From Macrostomum lignano (lineage: Eukaryota): DNA of 64,000 bases. The notes under the pieces are model-generated. The model had not been told where the DNA came from. It searched no databases and saw nothing but the letters and a program-made list of their open reading frames with translations. The stretch is from positions 124,001-188,000 of the forward strand of contig NIVC01000988.1 in NCBI GenBank assembly GCA_002269645.1, in the 5' to 3' direction. Below, piece by piece: positions 11,551 through 23,327 of this stretch. The translations under genes and the position numbers were made by a program. How positions within the stretch are numbered: the stretch's first letter is position 1; every line of letters begins with the position of its first letter.

Positions 11551-13696
11551 GGCCAAGGAGGTCACTGAATTTTTCACGATCGCAAAAAGATTGAGAAAAC
11601 CTTTTAATAAAAAATTAAACAATGCAAACATTATACGTACTTTGAAAGCACAAAAGACTCAAGTTAAGCAGTCCTAATTTAATATTGAGAGCACTTTTTA
11701 ATTTGTTATTCGAGCAATTTAAATCCGTTGTAACTCTTTAAAAAAATAACTTAAAACCAACAAACAGAGTGTGTTGCTTTATGTTGTAAGCCTGCAGTGA
11801 CTTGTGATGCCCTGGTGGTCCTGTTCTATGCTTTATTTTGTCGTAAAAGTAGAGTTGAAAATTTATTTTTTTAAAAAGTATAGCTAGTATTGAAAGTAAA
11901 TTTTCGTTTATAGATATTCTATACCCTGCTTTGTTATGAATGTACGTGGCTGCAAAATTTTCTGTACTGTGTTTGCTGTGACCCACGTACGGGTATGTCT
12001 AAATGAGCTGAAGTTTTAGCAAAAAACTTCTTGAACAGCTGTTCTCCTGAATGTAGAAAATACTTTCCCTTTAACAAAGATTTTTCCCTTCTGACGACAT
12101 GCCAGAATGAAGTGCCGTTGGCTCTCTGATAGCCTGAATGATTTTTTGGTCGATGCATTGCTTCGTTTTAGTAACTAAGAAAAATCAGCAGCTTTAAAAA
12201 TGGCAAATTGCTGTGTGCCTGGGCTACACTGCATTCGCTTGACTTCTCGTCATTTTCCCTATGATATTCAATCAGTAAGTTTTCAGTAGCAAATGTTTTC
12301 TAATCGCTTTATAAAACTCATGAATTTCATGCTTAAATTTGTTTTAAGTTTTTTTTTCGCAGCATGTCGAGTATCGTTCGTTTAGCTGTTTTACCATTGA
12401 ATAAAGCAGACTTCAGCTTCTTTGACATTCCTGTCGTACACAGCAAACATAGTCCGGAAAGTTTTGCAACATAAACAATTTTTTTATACATTTTTAATAC
12501 TTTCTAAAGACTAGCGAGGTACGTCGTATAGTTATAAAACTACAGGTTTTATATAATTTTTTGTACTCGATTGTATTGCTTCGTTTGTTGATTTGTATTT
12601 TGCTTTAGCTGCCCCTTTTTGGTTTACAGCAAATAATGTTTGTTTAAATTGACTACTTGAGTGTCGTTTATACAGGACGCGATCACGTAAGATTTTTTGG
12701 AGGCTCAATTTCCTATTTTGTATATTTATTTTTATAGTATCCTTATCTTATCACTTATCTTATTAGCACTTATCCTTATCACTGCTGAGACATTCTTTAT
12801 TAGGTCTCCTGTCTCAACAGTGTGCTACCTATCAAATCTAATGCTAGGATTTATTGCTAATATATCTTCTTTCTTGGTTCAGACATAATACTAATATTGA
12901 AACTAATTAATTATGTGCATCCTGGGAAAAATACACTTCAACGAGTTTTTGGGGGCAGACTACATAAACTTGAATAACCAGCCTCCAATAAAACTTGCGC
13001 ATTTTATTAGTGTCGCGTCCTTCTACTTAAGTAGTCCATGTTTGTTATGTAAAAGTTTTTGTATTGATGTAAATTACATGCACCTCAAAGCAACGATCTG
13101 AAACGTTTTTGCTTCTTTGCTTTTGTTTGTTTTTTGTTGTCTTTCAACCCCAAATATTACGTGTACAATTTAGCTAGAAGTGAAACACAAGTAGCAAGCA
13201 CACAATTAATCGACACAAAATTGATAGTTTAAGTTTTTTCTTTTAACAACACAAAACTGCTTTTTTGGTCAAGTCACTTATCGTTAAGAATTTTTCAATT
13301 CGAACAAAATACACGGAACAATAGTGCACTGCACTCGGCACTCGCAGCAATGTTTTTCTTTGTTCTTAAGCCGTTAAAATGATTTTTTTGTGTGGCTTTC
13401 ATCTATTCAAAGGCACGACAAGTAGTATCGTACGCTACTTATATTTATGAACGATTTGAACGATTTTCCTCATTCAGAAATTTTGAATAAATGATGAATA
13501 ATAATTTGTGATTTCAGTGAAGCAGAAAAACCACTAAATGTTGCAATAAGTCTGAAAAACCGAACTCAAGTGTTTCAGAGCTAATTGACGCTAAATGGAA
13601 AAAAATGTCTAAAATTTGAGCTACTTGAATCCCTGCATTGATTTCGAAGTGTTTTCTTAAAATCAAATTTAAAACAAATATAATATCAAATGAATG

Positions 13697-13775
13697 TGGT
13701 CCCACACGGAATCGAACCAAGGATCGTGGCGGGAAATTGTTAGACATGCGTTAACCGCTGATCTACTCTCTCCCC
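13697..13775 (-). mobile_element. tRNA-derived element (SINE head or tRNA pseudogene)
   Basis: Minus strand reads TAGATCAGCGG (A-box-like) ... GGTTCGATTCC (B-box) ... GGGACCA. The acceptor stem does not pair, so it is not called a functional tRNA. Confidence 0.5.
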
Positions 13776-14089
13776 TCTCAACGTACGTGATTAAATTACT
13801 TAAAATGGTATGTAGTATGGTCCGAATGGAAAAAATGGGATGTTATTAGACAAATTTTATAGTACAAATTTTGTAATTCTATTTGAATTTGTCCACAAAA
13901 TTAAATAAACCAAACCGCTCTAGCCTGTAGAATAGTTCAAACGGTTGAGGCTGCTAACTGACGAAGTCAGGGAAGTTTTCGACCGGAAAATTGGCTTTAA
14001 ATAAGCAATATCTTCTCGAGGACTCTGATAGGAAAGTTAGAAAATATGCCTTGGAAATCTGGACCAGGAAAAGGAAAATTGGATCCAAA

Positions 14090-15140
14090 TCCTTTTGGGA
14101 CGATAATCCTTGCCGCGATTTTCCTTGTAGTTGCAGCCCATTCGGTCATCCCGAAGTCGCAAGCATAAGCCCCCCCCCAACTGCTTGATCCCCAGTGTCC
14201 CATTGTGCATGTCATCCTATCCACCATTCTTGGCTTCGTAAATTCTCTCTCTTACTGCAATTTTCATTTCTAATTTTATCTCACAACTCTCGCTACGCTC
14301 CTGTGGGTTTTCCCGTGGAATTTTGTCTTAACAGACAAGTAGCTTTTAGTGGAGACAGGACAACAAATTTTTGAAAATAGAATCGCTCGTAACTACTGCT
14401 TGCCAATACTAATTCATTGAACGTGTAGTTTTGAAACGCTTCATCGAATGTTAACAAAATGATTTGCGTAGCCTTCGTAGCCCGATGTTCCTTAGTGTCC
14501 GTGCAACACTCAGTGAAGATTGGTCTCCCGCATTGAGACTTCCCCATCCTCAGCAACACGTCTTTACCAGTTTAGCATTCTCTAGACGTAGTAAGCAGAT
14601 CAGAGTGGCAACAAAACTCTGTATCGTCTCTTCCAAGATTAAAGTGAACAAGTCTCACCTTCTCCTGAAATTTAGTCTATGGCTCAAATCTCTATCCATT
14701 AGCGCATTGGAAACAAACTTGGCCATAGACATTATCAGCTGACCTTTACCACCCAGCCTATCTATAGCATGGAGCCCGCAAATTTCTTCATTGTACCCTT
14801 TTGTCTATGGTTTTCGGGAGTAAGCCTTTCGACAACATTCTATTGTTGGCAATAGAAAAGAATCAAAGCATGACAACGACGTGGCGACAAGAACTCCGTT
14901 GCAAACGCTTGAATTGAATTGCATGAATTGGATTCCAGTTGTCGTTGAATGGCCACACGAAAACAGATGAGAGACTTCGGCGCGTAGTATGTTCCATCCT
15001 GATTTCGAAAATACGAATAGAAAAGCCTTAGAAAATCGTTCAGAAGTCGACCCCGTACACGCTGAAACACCTGGCAGACTATCTTCTCATTGAAGAACTG
15101 GCGGAACCTCCAGAATTAAATTTCAGAGATCCAGAGTTAA
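14090..15140 (-). mobile_element. Degenerate Crypton-like (DUF3504/tyrosine recombinase) transposon relic
   Basis: Ordered minus-strand fragments: LLNDFLRLFYSYFRNQDGTYYAPKSLICFRVAIQRQL (cf. L..FY...R..DG..Y...SL......I.R.L), FQEKVRLVHFNLGRDDTE, CGRPIFTECCTDTKEHRA, AFQNY...ERFYFQK, and MGHWGSSSWGGAY (GH..Y catalytic-type motif). Interrupted by stops and frameshifts. Confidence 0.6.
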
Positions 15141-16282
15141 TCTTGCCAACAAAGCGATTGCTCGACTCTCGGGTGACAGTAGACAGAACAAGACAGAAGA
15201 ATTGACTAGAAATCCGACACAACCATATGTCATACAAAATCTGTATATATCGTTGTACATATTGTTACCTTTTGTCTACGGTTCTATAGCTTTTTGCGTT
15301 CTAGTTTGGACTGCGGGCTGTTAATTTGAACACAGAGTTGAGCAAAGCCCAGAGAATGCTGGCTAGTCTATGGCACAAACCAGAAGCAACTGACGGGCTT
15401 TAAATTCGACAGCGGGCACAAATTTGGACAGTCTTCTCCTTCCCCTTTCTCTTGCATGTTTTTTCTTGAGCCAGTGCACAAAGTACACGACAAGTTTTTT
15501 TAGAAGGAAGAAACAGGCTCTGACAATGCAAGAGTCTTAAAGTTTAAAGTTTTAGAAAATTGTATCTAACTGTTTGGATAAGTTCAATGTTTGGGTCAAA
15601 TACACAGATTCATAACCTACTCTCAAAAACTGATTACTGTCGTTCTTAACTTTGATCTTCTTGTCTTCTGTGTCCAAATTTGTGCCCGCTGTCGAATTTA
15701 AAAGCCCGTCAGTTGCTTCTGGTTTGTGCCATAGACTAGCCAGCATTCTCTGGGCTTTGCTCAACTCTGTGTCCAAATTAAAAGCCCGCAGTCCAAACCA
15801 GAACGCGCCGGGGCTGTTGCCCCCAGGACCCCGGGTCCTGCACGTAATGGCGTGGTGAACTATCTGTGCAGTATGAGACTGGTATGGCCTTTATCCCAGC
15901 CAGCGATGCTCACACCTGCCTCCCCTGGCGGGCTGATAGCTCAAGAGACTCTGTCTCCTGATTTTCACCTTGCAAGGCGCACTTCGAAGGGTACTCGTCC
16001 CGTGGGTGTTAAGGCAGGCCCCCTTGGGCCCTGCCGAGCTGATTCGTTGGCGCCGGGTCCTGGTGTGACCATAAACGCACCCTCTAATGTCCCAGTGTAA
16101 CTCCGTGCTGATGGACGCTTGGCCAGGGAGTAGTCTGGTCGCTAACGGTTCCCCTTGCGCTTTTGGGTCCCCCCGCAGGGTGGTATTTTGCTTTTTGGGG
16201 GCCTGCCGCTTGGTTTGGGGTTGCGGCCTTGCGGCTCTTTGCCTGTGTTCTGCAGGAAGTCCCACCTTTTTACTTCCAGCCA

Positions 16283-17802
16283 ATGGCTTCTAACCGAAGT
16301 AACAAACCGGCTGTGGATGACACAGTGCCTCCGGCCTCGGCTGGGGCCGTGGACTCCTCGGCCATACCACCTGCTACCATCGGGGACGCCTCGGCGAGAC
16401 CCGTGGAGCCAACTCTGAGCGGTGCCTCCGAGAAGACACCTGCTACTCCAGCTGCTAAGAAACGCAGCACCACCTCTGGAGCTGCCCGCCGTCGACTTAA
16501 CAAGGCGAGGCGGGCCAAGGAGGGCGGAAGCCAAACCGGTGCCAGGGGCCAACGGCCCGCGGCAGCGGAAGCTTCCCAGTCTGGGGCGGTGGCGGAAGAG
16601 GGCCTCGAGCCCACGGAAGCCCCTGCCCAGGATAGGGAGGCCGATGCAGCCGGGAGGGTGGACAGCCCACCTGAAGAAAGCTCCACTGACCCCGGGCCTC
16701 CTACGCTGATGCGGCAAAGAGGCAACCGGCGGTTGTCATCCTGGGAAAGGACGCGCGCCTGTCTCCCGATCAGCTGAAGCAGGTGAGAAGTGCCGTTGAT
16801 GGCCTCCTGTGGAAGCAAACTCTGAAGGGCACGCCTCTGAACATTCATTCGAATGCGACGAGGGACTCGTGCCTTCTCATTTGGCCCAGTGATGCTGACT
16901 CGGGTCGGCGGCTCCTTGAGCTGCTGCCCGAGCAGAGCTGGGACCTCAACCTAGCCTTCTGCAGAGAGGACGAGCGCCCCCGGACCAAGAGGCATCGAAT
17001 CTGGGTCCCGGCCAGGAGCGTTGTTACCTCTGCTGACGAGCTCCGGAAAGGACTGCTAGCAGTCAACCGGGAGCTTCCCGCCGCGGGCCTAGTGGTGCAT
17101 GACACCCTTAAGCGCACCGACGGCACTGGCTTCACAGCCATCCTGGGGCTGTCGGACGCCTGGATGAGGCGTTATCCACACGGCAGCTTCATCAACGTCG
17201 GCCTTTGGAAGCTGCGCATCCGCTCCTACGAGGCCGACCCTCCCCGTGGCAGTGAGCAGGGCGGGCGGGACGCGGAGGCGGCCGGGGCCGAGGCGCAAGC
17301 CTCTGCTCAGACTGCCAAAGCAAACCGCCCTGCCCGGCAGCACGGCCGCGCGGGCAAAGCTGAGCGCGCTGCTGAGGGCGGAGGCGACCGACGCCCGGCG
17401 CGCAGCACCAAGCGGCGCGGCCTGTACCAGCGTGCAGCTGAGGCAGTCCGTACCGCCAAAATCTCCCAGCTGAGGCGAGAGGTCGCCGGGACGCCTAGGC
17501 GCACCAGTTCGTCCAGGGAGGGTGGGGACGTCCCAGCTGGGCCCAACCCCTCGGGGCAGGGCCGACTGGAGACGGACCCGCCTGCCCAGGCGGCTGGCTG
17601 CTCCAGGGCATTGGGCCAATCTGAGGCGGAGGACCCCATGGATGGTGGGCAAAGGGCGGCGAACGCTGCCTACTGCCTTCCGGCCAATCGGGGGCCTTTT
17701 GCTGAAGAAGAGCCCATGGACACCGGCGACCCCGACCCGAAGCCGGTGAGCGCCGAGGAGGAGGAGGAACTCCTGGCGGCTGCAACATCCGATCTGCAAT
17801 GA
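16283..17802 (+). CDS. Retrotransposon ORF1 (one 1-nt frameshift near 16690)
   Basis: MASNRSNK... runs to about 16690, then shifts into a frame reading PRASYADAAKRQPAVVILGKDARLSPDQLKQVRSAV... to TGA at 17800-17802. SYAxAAK motif present; no CCHC knuckle seen. Confidence 0.8.
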
Positions 17803-20800
17803 TGCCAGCGACTACCTGGTGTCTGCAGATCAACACCCAGCACTGCGTGGCGGCGTCGGTCAACCTGATGCGCACGGCAGAGCAACAGCTTCCGGGCCTG
17901 GTCTTCGTACAGGAGCCCTGGATGACTAAAGGTAAGCCAAATAATGTGCCATCTGGCTACCACTGTTTTTGCATGGCGGGCTCTCAGCCTCGCCCAAGAT
18001 CTCTGGTCTTTGCTGCAAAAGCTTTTGAGGCATGGATGAGACCTGATCTCTCGACTGGGGACATCTGTGTTGTTCAAATCAATAACCTCATTCCCAATAA
18101 ACCTGTGCTGGTAGCTTCTGCCTATTTCCCGGGCGATGCCCCAGTTGTCTGCGACGCGTTAGTCAACCTTACTGACTATGCTGCGTCCCATCGGTTCGAG
18201 CTGCTCATTGCAGGGGATGTGAACGCACACCACCTGCATTGGGGCAGCAAGAACATCAATAGCAGAGGCGAGGAGCTGCTGGCCTATGTCAGCAGCACTA
18301 ACCTCAACTTCTGTAACGTGGGCAATGCACCAACGTTCAATAATGGGCGGTGGGCCGAAGTCATCGACACACCATCGCCTCACCCGGACTGCTTTCCGCA
18401 GTTACGGGCTGGCGAGTGTGGGACGAGGACTCGCTCTCGGACCACCGCTTTATCCGCTTTTGCATTGGGCCGACCAAGCAAAAGCCTAAGGTCACTTGGA
18501 GTCGGAACGTCAGGAACACCGATTGGGCCGCCTTTGGCTCGAAGCTGAGCCGCGGCCTTCGGGATCTTGACCCCCCCAGTGACCTCTCTGACTGCCAGGT
18601 GGTGGACGATCTCGCCTCCTCCCTGGGCGGGGCGATCACCACTGCCTTTGAAGCAGCCTGCCCCCTAAAGGCCTATAAAGGCAAGAAATCTGCTCCCTGG
18701 TGGAACCCAGAGCTCGGGGCCCTTCGGCGCCGAGCCAGGACCCTCCAAAGGCGAGCGCTCAAAACCAAAGACCCATCTGACAGAGAGGCCTATACCCGTG
18801 CGATCCACGAGTTTAAGGGCCAAGTCAGAAGGGCCAAGACGGCCAAGTGGCGCCAATATTGCGAAGGGCTTGAGGGCTCTCGCCCCGTAGCCCGCGTGGT
18901 TAAGGCACTCACTAATGACCGTTTTTCTAAACTCTCTGTTGTGAAGAGACCTGACGGCTCGGTCACAGAGAGTTCGGAAGAGACTCTAGAGCTCATGCTC
19001 AACAGTTTTTTCCCTAAATCTCCGACTCAGCAGGGCCCGCCCGACCACACAGTGGGAGGGCAAGGCCTAGCAAAGTCTATGATCACCAAAGACCGCATTA
19101 TTAGAGCGGCAAGGTCCTTTAACCCGTTCAAGGCGCCTGGGCCCGACGGCATCTACCCAGCGTTCTTGCACGAGGCGGTGAAAAACCACCGCTTCCTGGA
19201 CCTGCTCTGTCGTCTCCTTCGAGCTTGTATGGAGCTGGGCTATGTACCAGTTGCATGGAGAGAGGCCCGGGTGGTCTTTATCCCCAAGCCTGGAAAGAGC
19301 GACTACCAATCGGTGAAGGCCTTCAGGCCTATCAGCCTCACTTCTTTCTGCCTCAAGCTCCTCGAGAGACTGGTGCTTTGGCGCCTACTTTCGGTCGAGC
19401 TGAAGCGCTTCCCACTCTCGCAGAACCAGCACGCCTTCCGCGCGGGCAGGTCAACCGAGAGTGCTCTCCATGTCATTGTTGACTTCCTGGAGAGGGCCGT
19501 TCTTGGCAGCGGCTTTGCCCTCTCGCTTTTCCTGGACATTGAGGGGGCCTTCGACAACGTCATCTTCGAGGCCTTTTGCAGAGCCCTGGAATCCAGGGCC
19601 ACGCACCCTCACCTTGTCCGGTGGATCATGTTCATGATCCGAAACCGCACTGTTGTGGCCCACCTGAGCGGCAGCTCTCTTTCGGTGCCTGTCCTGAAAG
19701 GGGGCCCCCAGGGCGGCGTTCTCACCCCCGTTCTCTGGAACATGGTCATGGATGAGTTGCTTTGCAGTGATCTCCACGACCCCATTCTCAAGGTGGGCTA
19801 TGCCGATGATGTGACCGCGATATGCGCGGGCCCCTCGGTTGATACCATCAGAGACCTTCTGCAGGGCTTTCTGGGACGAGCGGAGCGTTGGGCAGACCAA
19901 TGTGGCCTTAGACTCTCAGAGTCGAAAACCACAGCAGTCATGTTTACCAACAAACTGCTCTGGACCATTAAGCCCCTCACCCTCTATGGAAAGAATATTT
20001 CCATGGAGAAGCAGGTCCGCTGCCTGGGCCTCACTCTGGACCACAGGCTTAACTGGACTCCGCACATTCAAACTAAAGCCAAAAAAGCCCTGGCTGTACT
20101 GGCTCAGATCAGGCGCGCCGTGGGCACCACCTGGGGGCTCACCCCAGGAAGCTGTGGTGGATTTACACTGCCATCATCCGCCCCTCGATCAGTTACGCCA
20201 GCCTCGTGTGGGCTAGCGGCCTGAGCGTCAAGAGCAACCTCGACGCTCTCTACAAAATCCAGGGCAGAGCCTGCCGCATGACTATGGGCGCTCCACCCTC
20301 TACTCCTTTTGAAGGCATGAATGCCTTCCTCTGTGCCCCTCCTTTGGATATTTATATCAAAGGAGAGGCGGCGAAGAGCACCCGGCGTCTTCTGGATGCT
20401 GGGGTGGCCTTCAAGAAAGTGCGGGCCTTTAAGAAGCGGTCGCTTATCCCGCACTCTGACCTCTGCCTCAAGGCTCTCGAGGAGTGTGGCGGGCTCAACA
20501 TCCTCACGGACTCGATCCCAGCCACCCTTCTCCTGAGCCAAAGGTATAAGGTCACCATTCAGCCTCGACACGAGGCGAGTGACAGCTGGAGCGACTCTGA
20601 AGTCCACTGTTACACTGACGGCTCTATAAGGCATGGTCTTTCAGGCTTCGGAGCTTGCGTCTTCTTCAAGGGAGAAGTGGTGTGGAGCTACTCCCAGCAC
20701 ACTGGGCTCAACTCCAGTGTTTTTCAGAGCGAGGTGCTTGCCATCAGCTCCTGCGCGGCAGAGCTGCGCCGAAGGCAGCTTAGCGGCCGGAAATTTATTT

Positions 20801-21501
20801 TTCACTCTGACAGCCAAGCAGCCCTTCGGGCCCTCTGCCGCAGCACCGCCAGCTCCAGGTCCGTCCTGGACTGCAACACCCAGCTCAACGGGCTTGCGCT
20901 AGGCAACCAGGTGGAGCTCAGATGGATCCCGGGCCACGCCGGCTTCCTCGGCAACGAGCGCGCTGACCTCCTGGCCAAGGCTGGCTCCGCCGGCGCGCTA
21001 TTGGGGCCGGGCCCGGGTGCCCCCATCCCCGCCTCGGTGATCAATTCCCGCGTTAAGCGCTGGGCTGACTCCGAGCATCTCCGCAGGTGGCACGACACCC
21101 GGAATTGTAGGCAATCCCGTGCTGCCGTCCCCTGTCCCTCTCCTCTCCTGCGTAGAGCCCTCCTCAGGCTCAACCGCAGAGACCTCAGAGCAGTTAGCAT
21201 GGCCCTCTCCGGGCATGGCTGCTTCTCTCGCCACCGCTTCCTTCAGGGCCAAGTACCCGAGGAGCGGTGCCCCTTCTGCCGCTCAGGCAGTGAAAACGCC
21301 GAGCATTTTATCTGCCACTGCCCGGTTTTCACCAGGGCCAGGCTTACTCACCTCGGGCCAAACCCGGTTCTCTCCGACGTTTGCAGGCCCGAGAGCATCC
21401 CGCTGCTCGCCCGGTACCTCAGGGACACCGGACGAGCTGATTTCTTCCCCACCGCCGGTGAGGAGGACCGCGCTGCAGGCGAGACCGACGGGTCCCCCTG
21501 A
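17799..21501 (+). CDS. Retrotransposon ORF2: AP endonuclease, reverse transcriptase, RNase H, zinc knuckle (two 1-nt frameshifts near 18370 and 20145)
   Basis: EN: LQINTQH, FVQEPW, GDVNAHH, SDHRFI. RT: PWWNPEL, KAPGPDGI, FRPISLTS, GGPQGGVLTP, YADD. RNase H: YTDGS, QSEVLAI, SDSQAAL, WIPGH, GNERAD. C-terminal CPFC...EHFICHCP. Confidence 0.93.
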
Positions 21502-22792
21502 GCGACACCACTTCAACGGAAGTCGTTGGTCGCCAGGGGCTAGCGGAATGGGCGGTCTCCTCCGCCTCCTCGCTGCATCCGCCGGACGCCCCCTGCAGCT
21601 AAGTCAAGTAAGTCAAACCAGAACGCAAAAAGCTATATTGTCTTTTTGTTTTCCGACTATTAACGGTTGTTGCTTCTGACTTTAAGCTAATAAAACTGCT
21701 GCCGGGAAATTGTTGCATTGAACCATAGACAGACGGAACAATACCTAATACAGATTGCGCTATCCCAACCATAGACAAAAGAGGACAATGCATATAGTGC
21801 ATGCTGACGGTTCTTTTCGGCAGCAATTGCATTAAGATGAAGCCGCGTAGCGCATGTTTAAACATATTAAAGGGTTTACATTATACATTATATTTTCTGC
21901 AAAGTAATGGTACTGCAGCTCTTGCCTCCAAGTCTGAGCCAGCAGCTGTTCCTTAATCGAATGTGCCGCCCAAACTGTGTGTAATGGATCGCCTCGCCTC
22001 TGAGATAGATCCTCCTCTCTTCCTATAGCGCCCGAAAAAAGCCCTTGCTTGACCCAACGAGGCGTGGAATGAAATAAATCTGCTTTTACTTGTATGGCTT
22101 ATCCAAGGAGTTCTACGTGTACAACTAGGAACTGTAATTTCAGTTTCAACTTACATGTATTTCCCTTTACAGACAGATTCTTAGAAAGAACGAAGAAAAT
22201 TCAACCTTTATTTTGTGATTTTTATTTTTATTTTGAAATTAGCGCTCGAAATCCAAGTTCCTAGTTCTAGAACTGCTTGGCCTGTACCAGAGGCTACACA
22301 GGCACCCGAGCTTGTGTGTGTGTGGGTGTGTGGAGGCTTCCCTTGTATCTTTTAGGTTGTTTCGCTTAAACGAATCCGAGCAGGCCAGCTTCCAAAGATA
22401 CAGAAGCTCCCCTCCCCGTCCCCCAGCCCCCCTGCTGCAATGGCTCAACGGGATTTCGAATGAGCCAAAAGCCTTTGTGTTATCGCAGGGACTGCGCGTT
22501 GCTCATTTGCCAATTTGGGCGTGACAAGGGCGAAAGGAAATCCAGGCGGGGCTCGGATAGGACGTGAAGATGCATGGACGAGTCTGAGCAGTGGGACAGC
22601 CAGCAGCCTGCCTGTGTTATATAATGCTGCCGCTGTGTTTTAAGATGTTTTTTAGCAGCAATTTCCCTCCCCCATCGAGCTTACAGTTGGTGAGTTCAAC
22701 TGGGCCAATCTTTGGTTGCTAACAGAGATTTGTTTGTCAGCTTTCCACTTTTTGGTAAGTTAATGATTGCGTCATTTGGGACCACATGTTCA

Positions 22793-23327
22793 TAGAGTTT
22801 GGGATCATGGAGTTTGGGATCATAGAGTTTGGGATCATAGAGTTTGGGATCATAGAGTTTGGGATCATAGAGTTTGGGATCATGGAGTTTGGGATCATAG
22901 AGTTTGGGATCATGGAGTTTGGGATCATGGAATTTGGGATCATGGATTTTGGGATCATGGAGTTTGGGATCATAGAGTTTGGGATCATAGAGTTTGGGAT
23001 CATAGAGTTTGGGATCATAGAGTTTGGGATCATGGAGTTTGGGATCATAGAGTTTGGGATCATAGAGCTTGGGATCATAGAGTTTGGGATCATAGCGTTT
23101 GGGATCATAGAGTTTGGGATCATAGAGTTTGGGATCATAAAGTTTGGAATCATAGAGTTTGGGATCATAGAGTTAGGGATCATAGAGTTTGGGACCATAG
23201 AGTTTGGGATCATAGAGTTTGGGATCATAGAGTTTGGGATCTTAGAGTTTGGGATCATGGAGTTTGGGATCATAGAGTTTAGGATCATGGAGTTTGGGAT
23301 CATAGAGTTTAGGATCATGGAGTTTAG
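22793..23327. repeat. 15-bp minisatellite
   Basis: (gagtttgggatcata)n, about 35 copies, head to tail. Confidence 0.93.

Larger units (their letters stand above)
15807..21613 (+). mobile_element. Full-length non-LTR retrotransposon with APE, RT, RNase H and C-terminal zinc knuckle (LOA/R1-like group)
   Basis: 13-bp target-site duplication CAAACCAGAACGC at 15794-15806 and 21614-21626; ~475-bp 5' UTR, ORF1, ORF2, ~110-bp 3' UTR ending in AAGT-type short repeats (taagtcaagtaagt); GC content far above the flanks. Confidence 0.95.
15287..21635. mobile_element. Non-autonomous foldback/MITE-like DNA element (~530 bp) with ~145-bp inverted arms, TA-flanked, interrupted by a LINE
   Basis: Left arm 15287-15430 is the near-perfect reverse complement of the right arm 15671-15806 plus 21627-21635. 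Outer ends read ta|tagctttttgcg and cgcaaaaagcta|ta. Confidence 0.85.

Noticed and set aside
15905-15945. Canonical HDV-like ribozyme core (GCC-TCCCCT-GGC)
   Set aside because: The loop is short, there is no P1.1 GG and no matching P1 5' strand. Kept only as part of the structured-UTR candidate.
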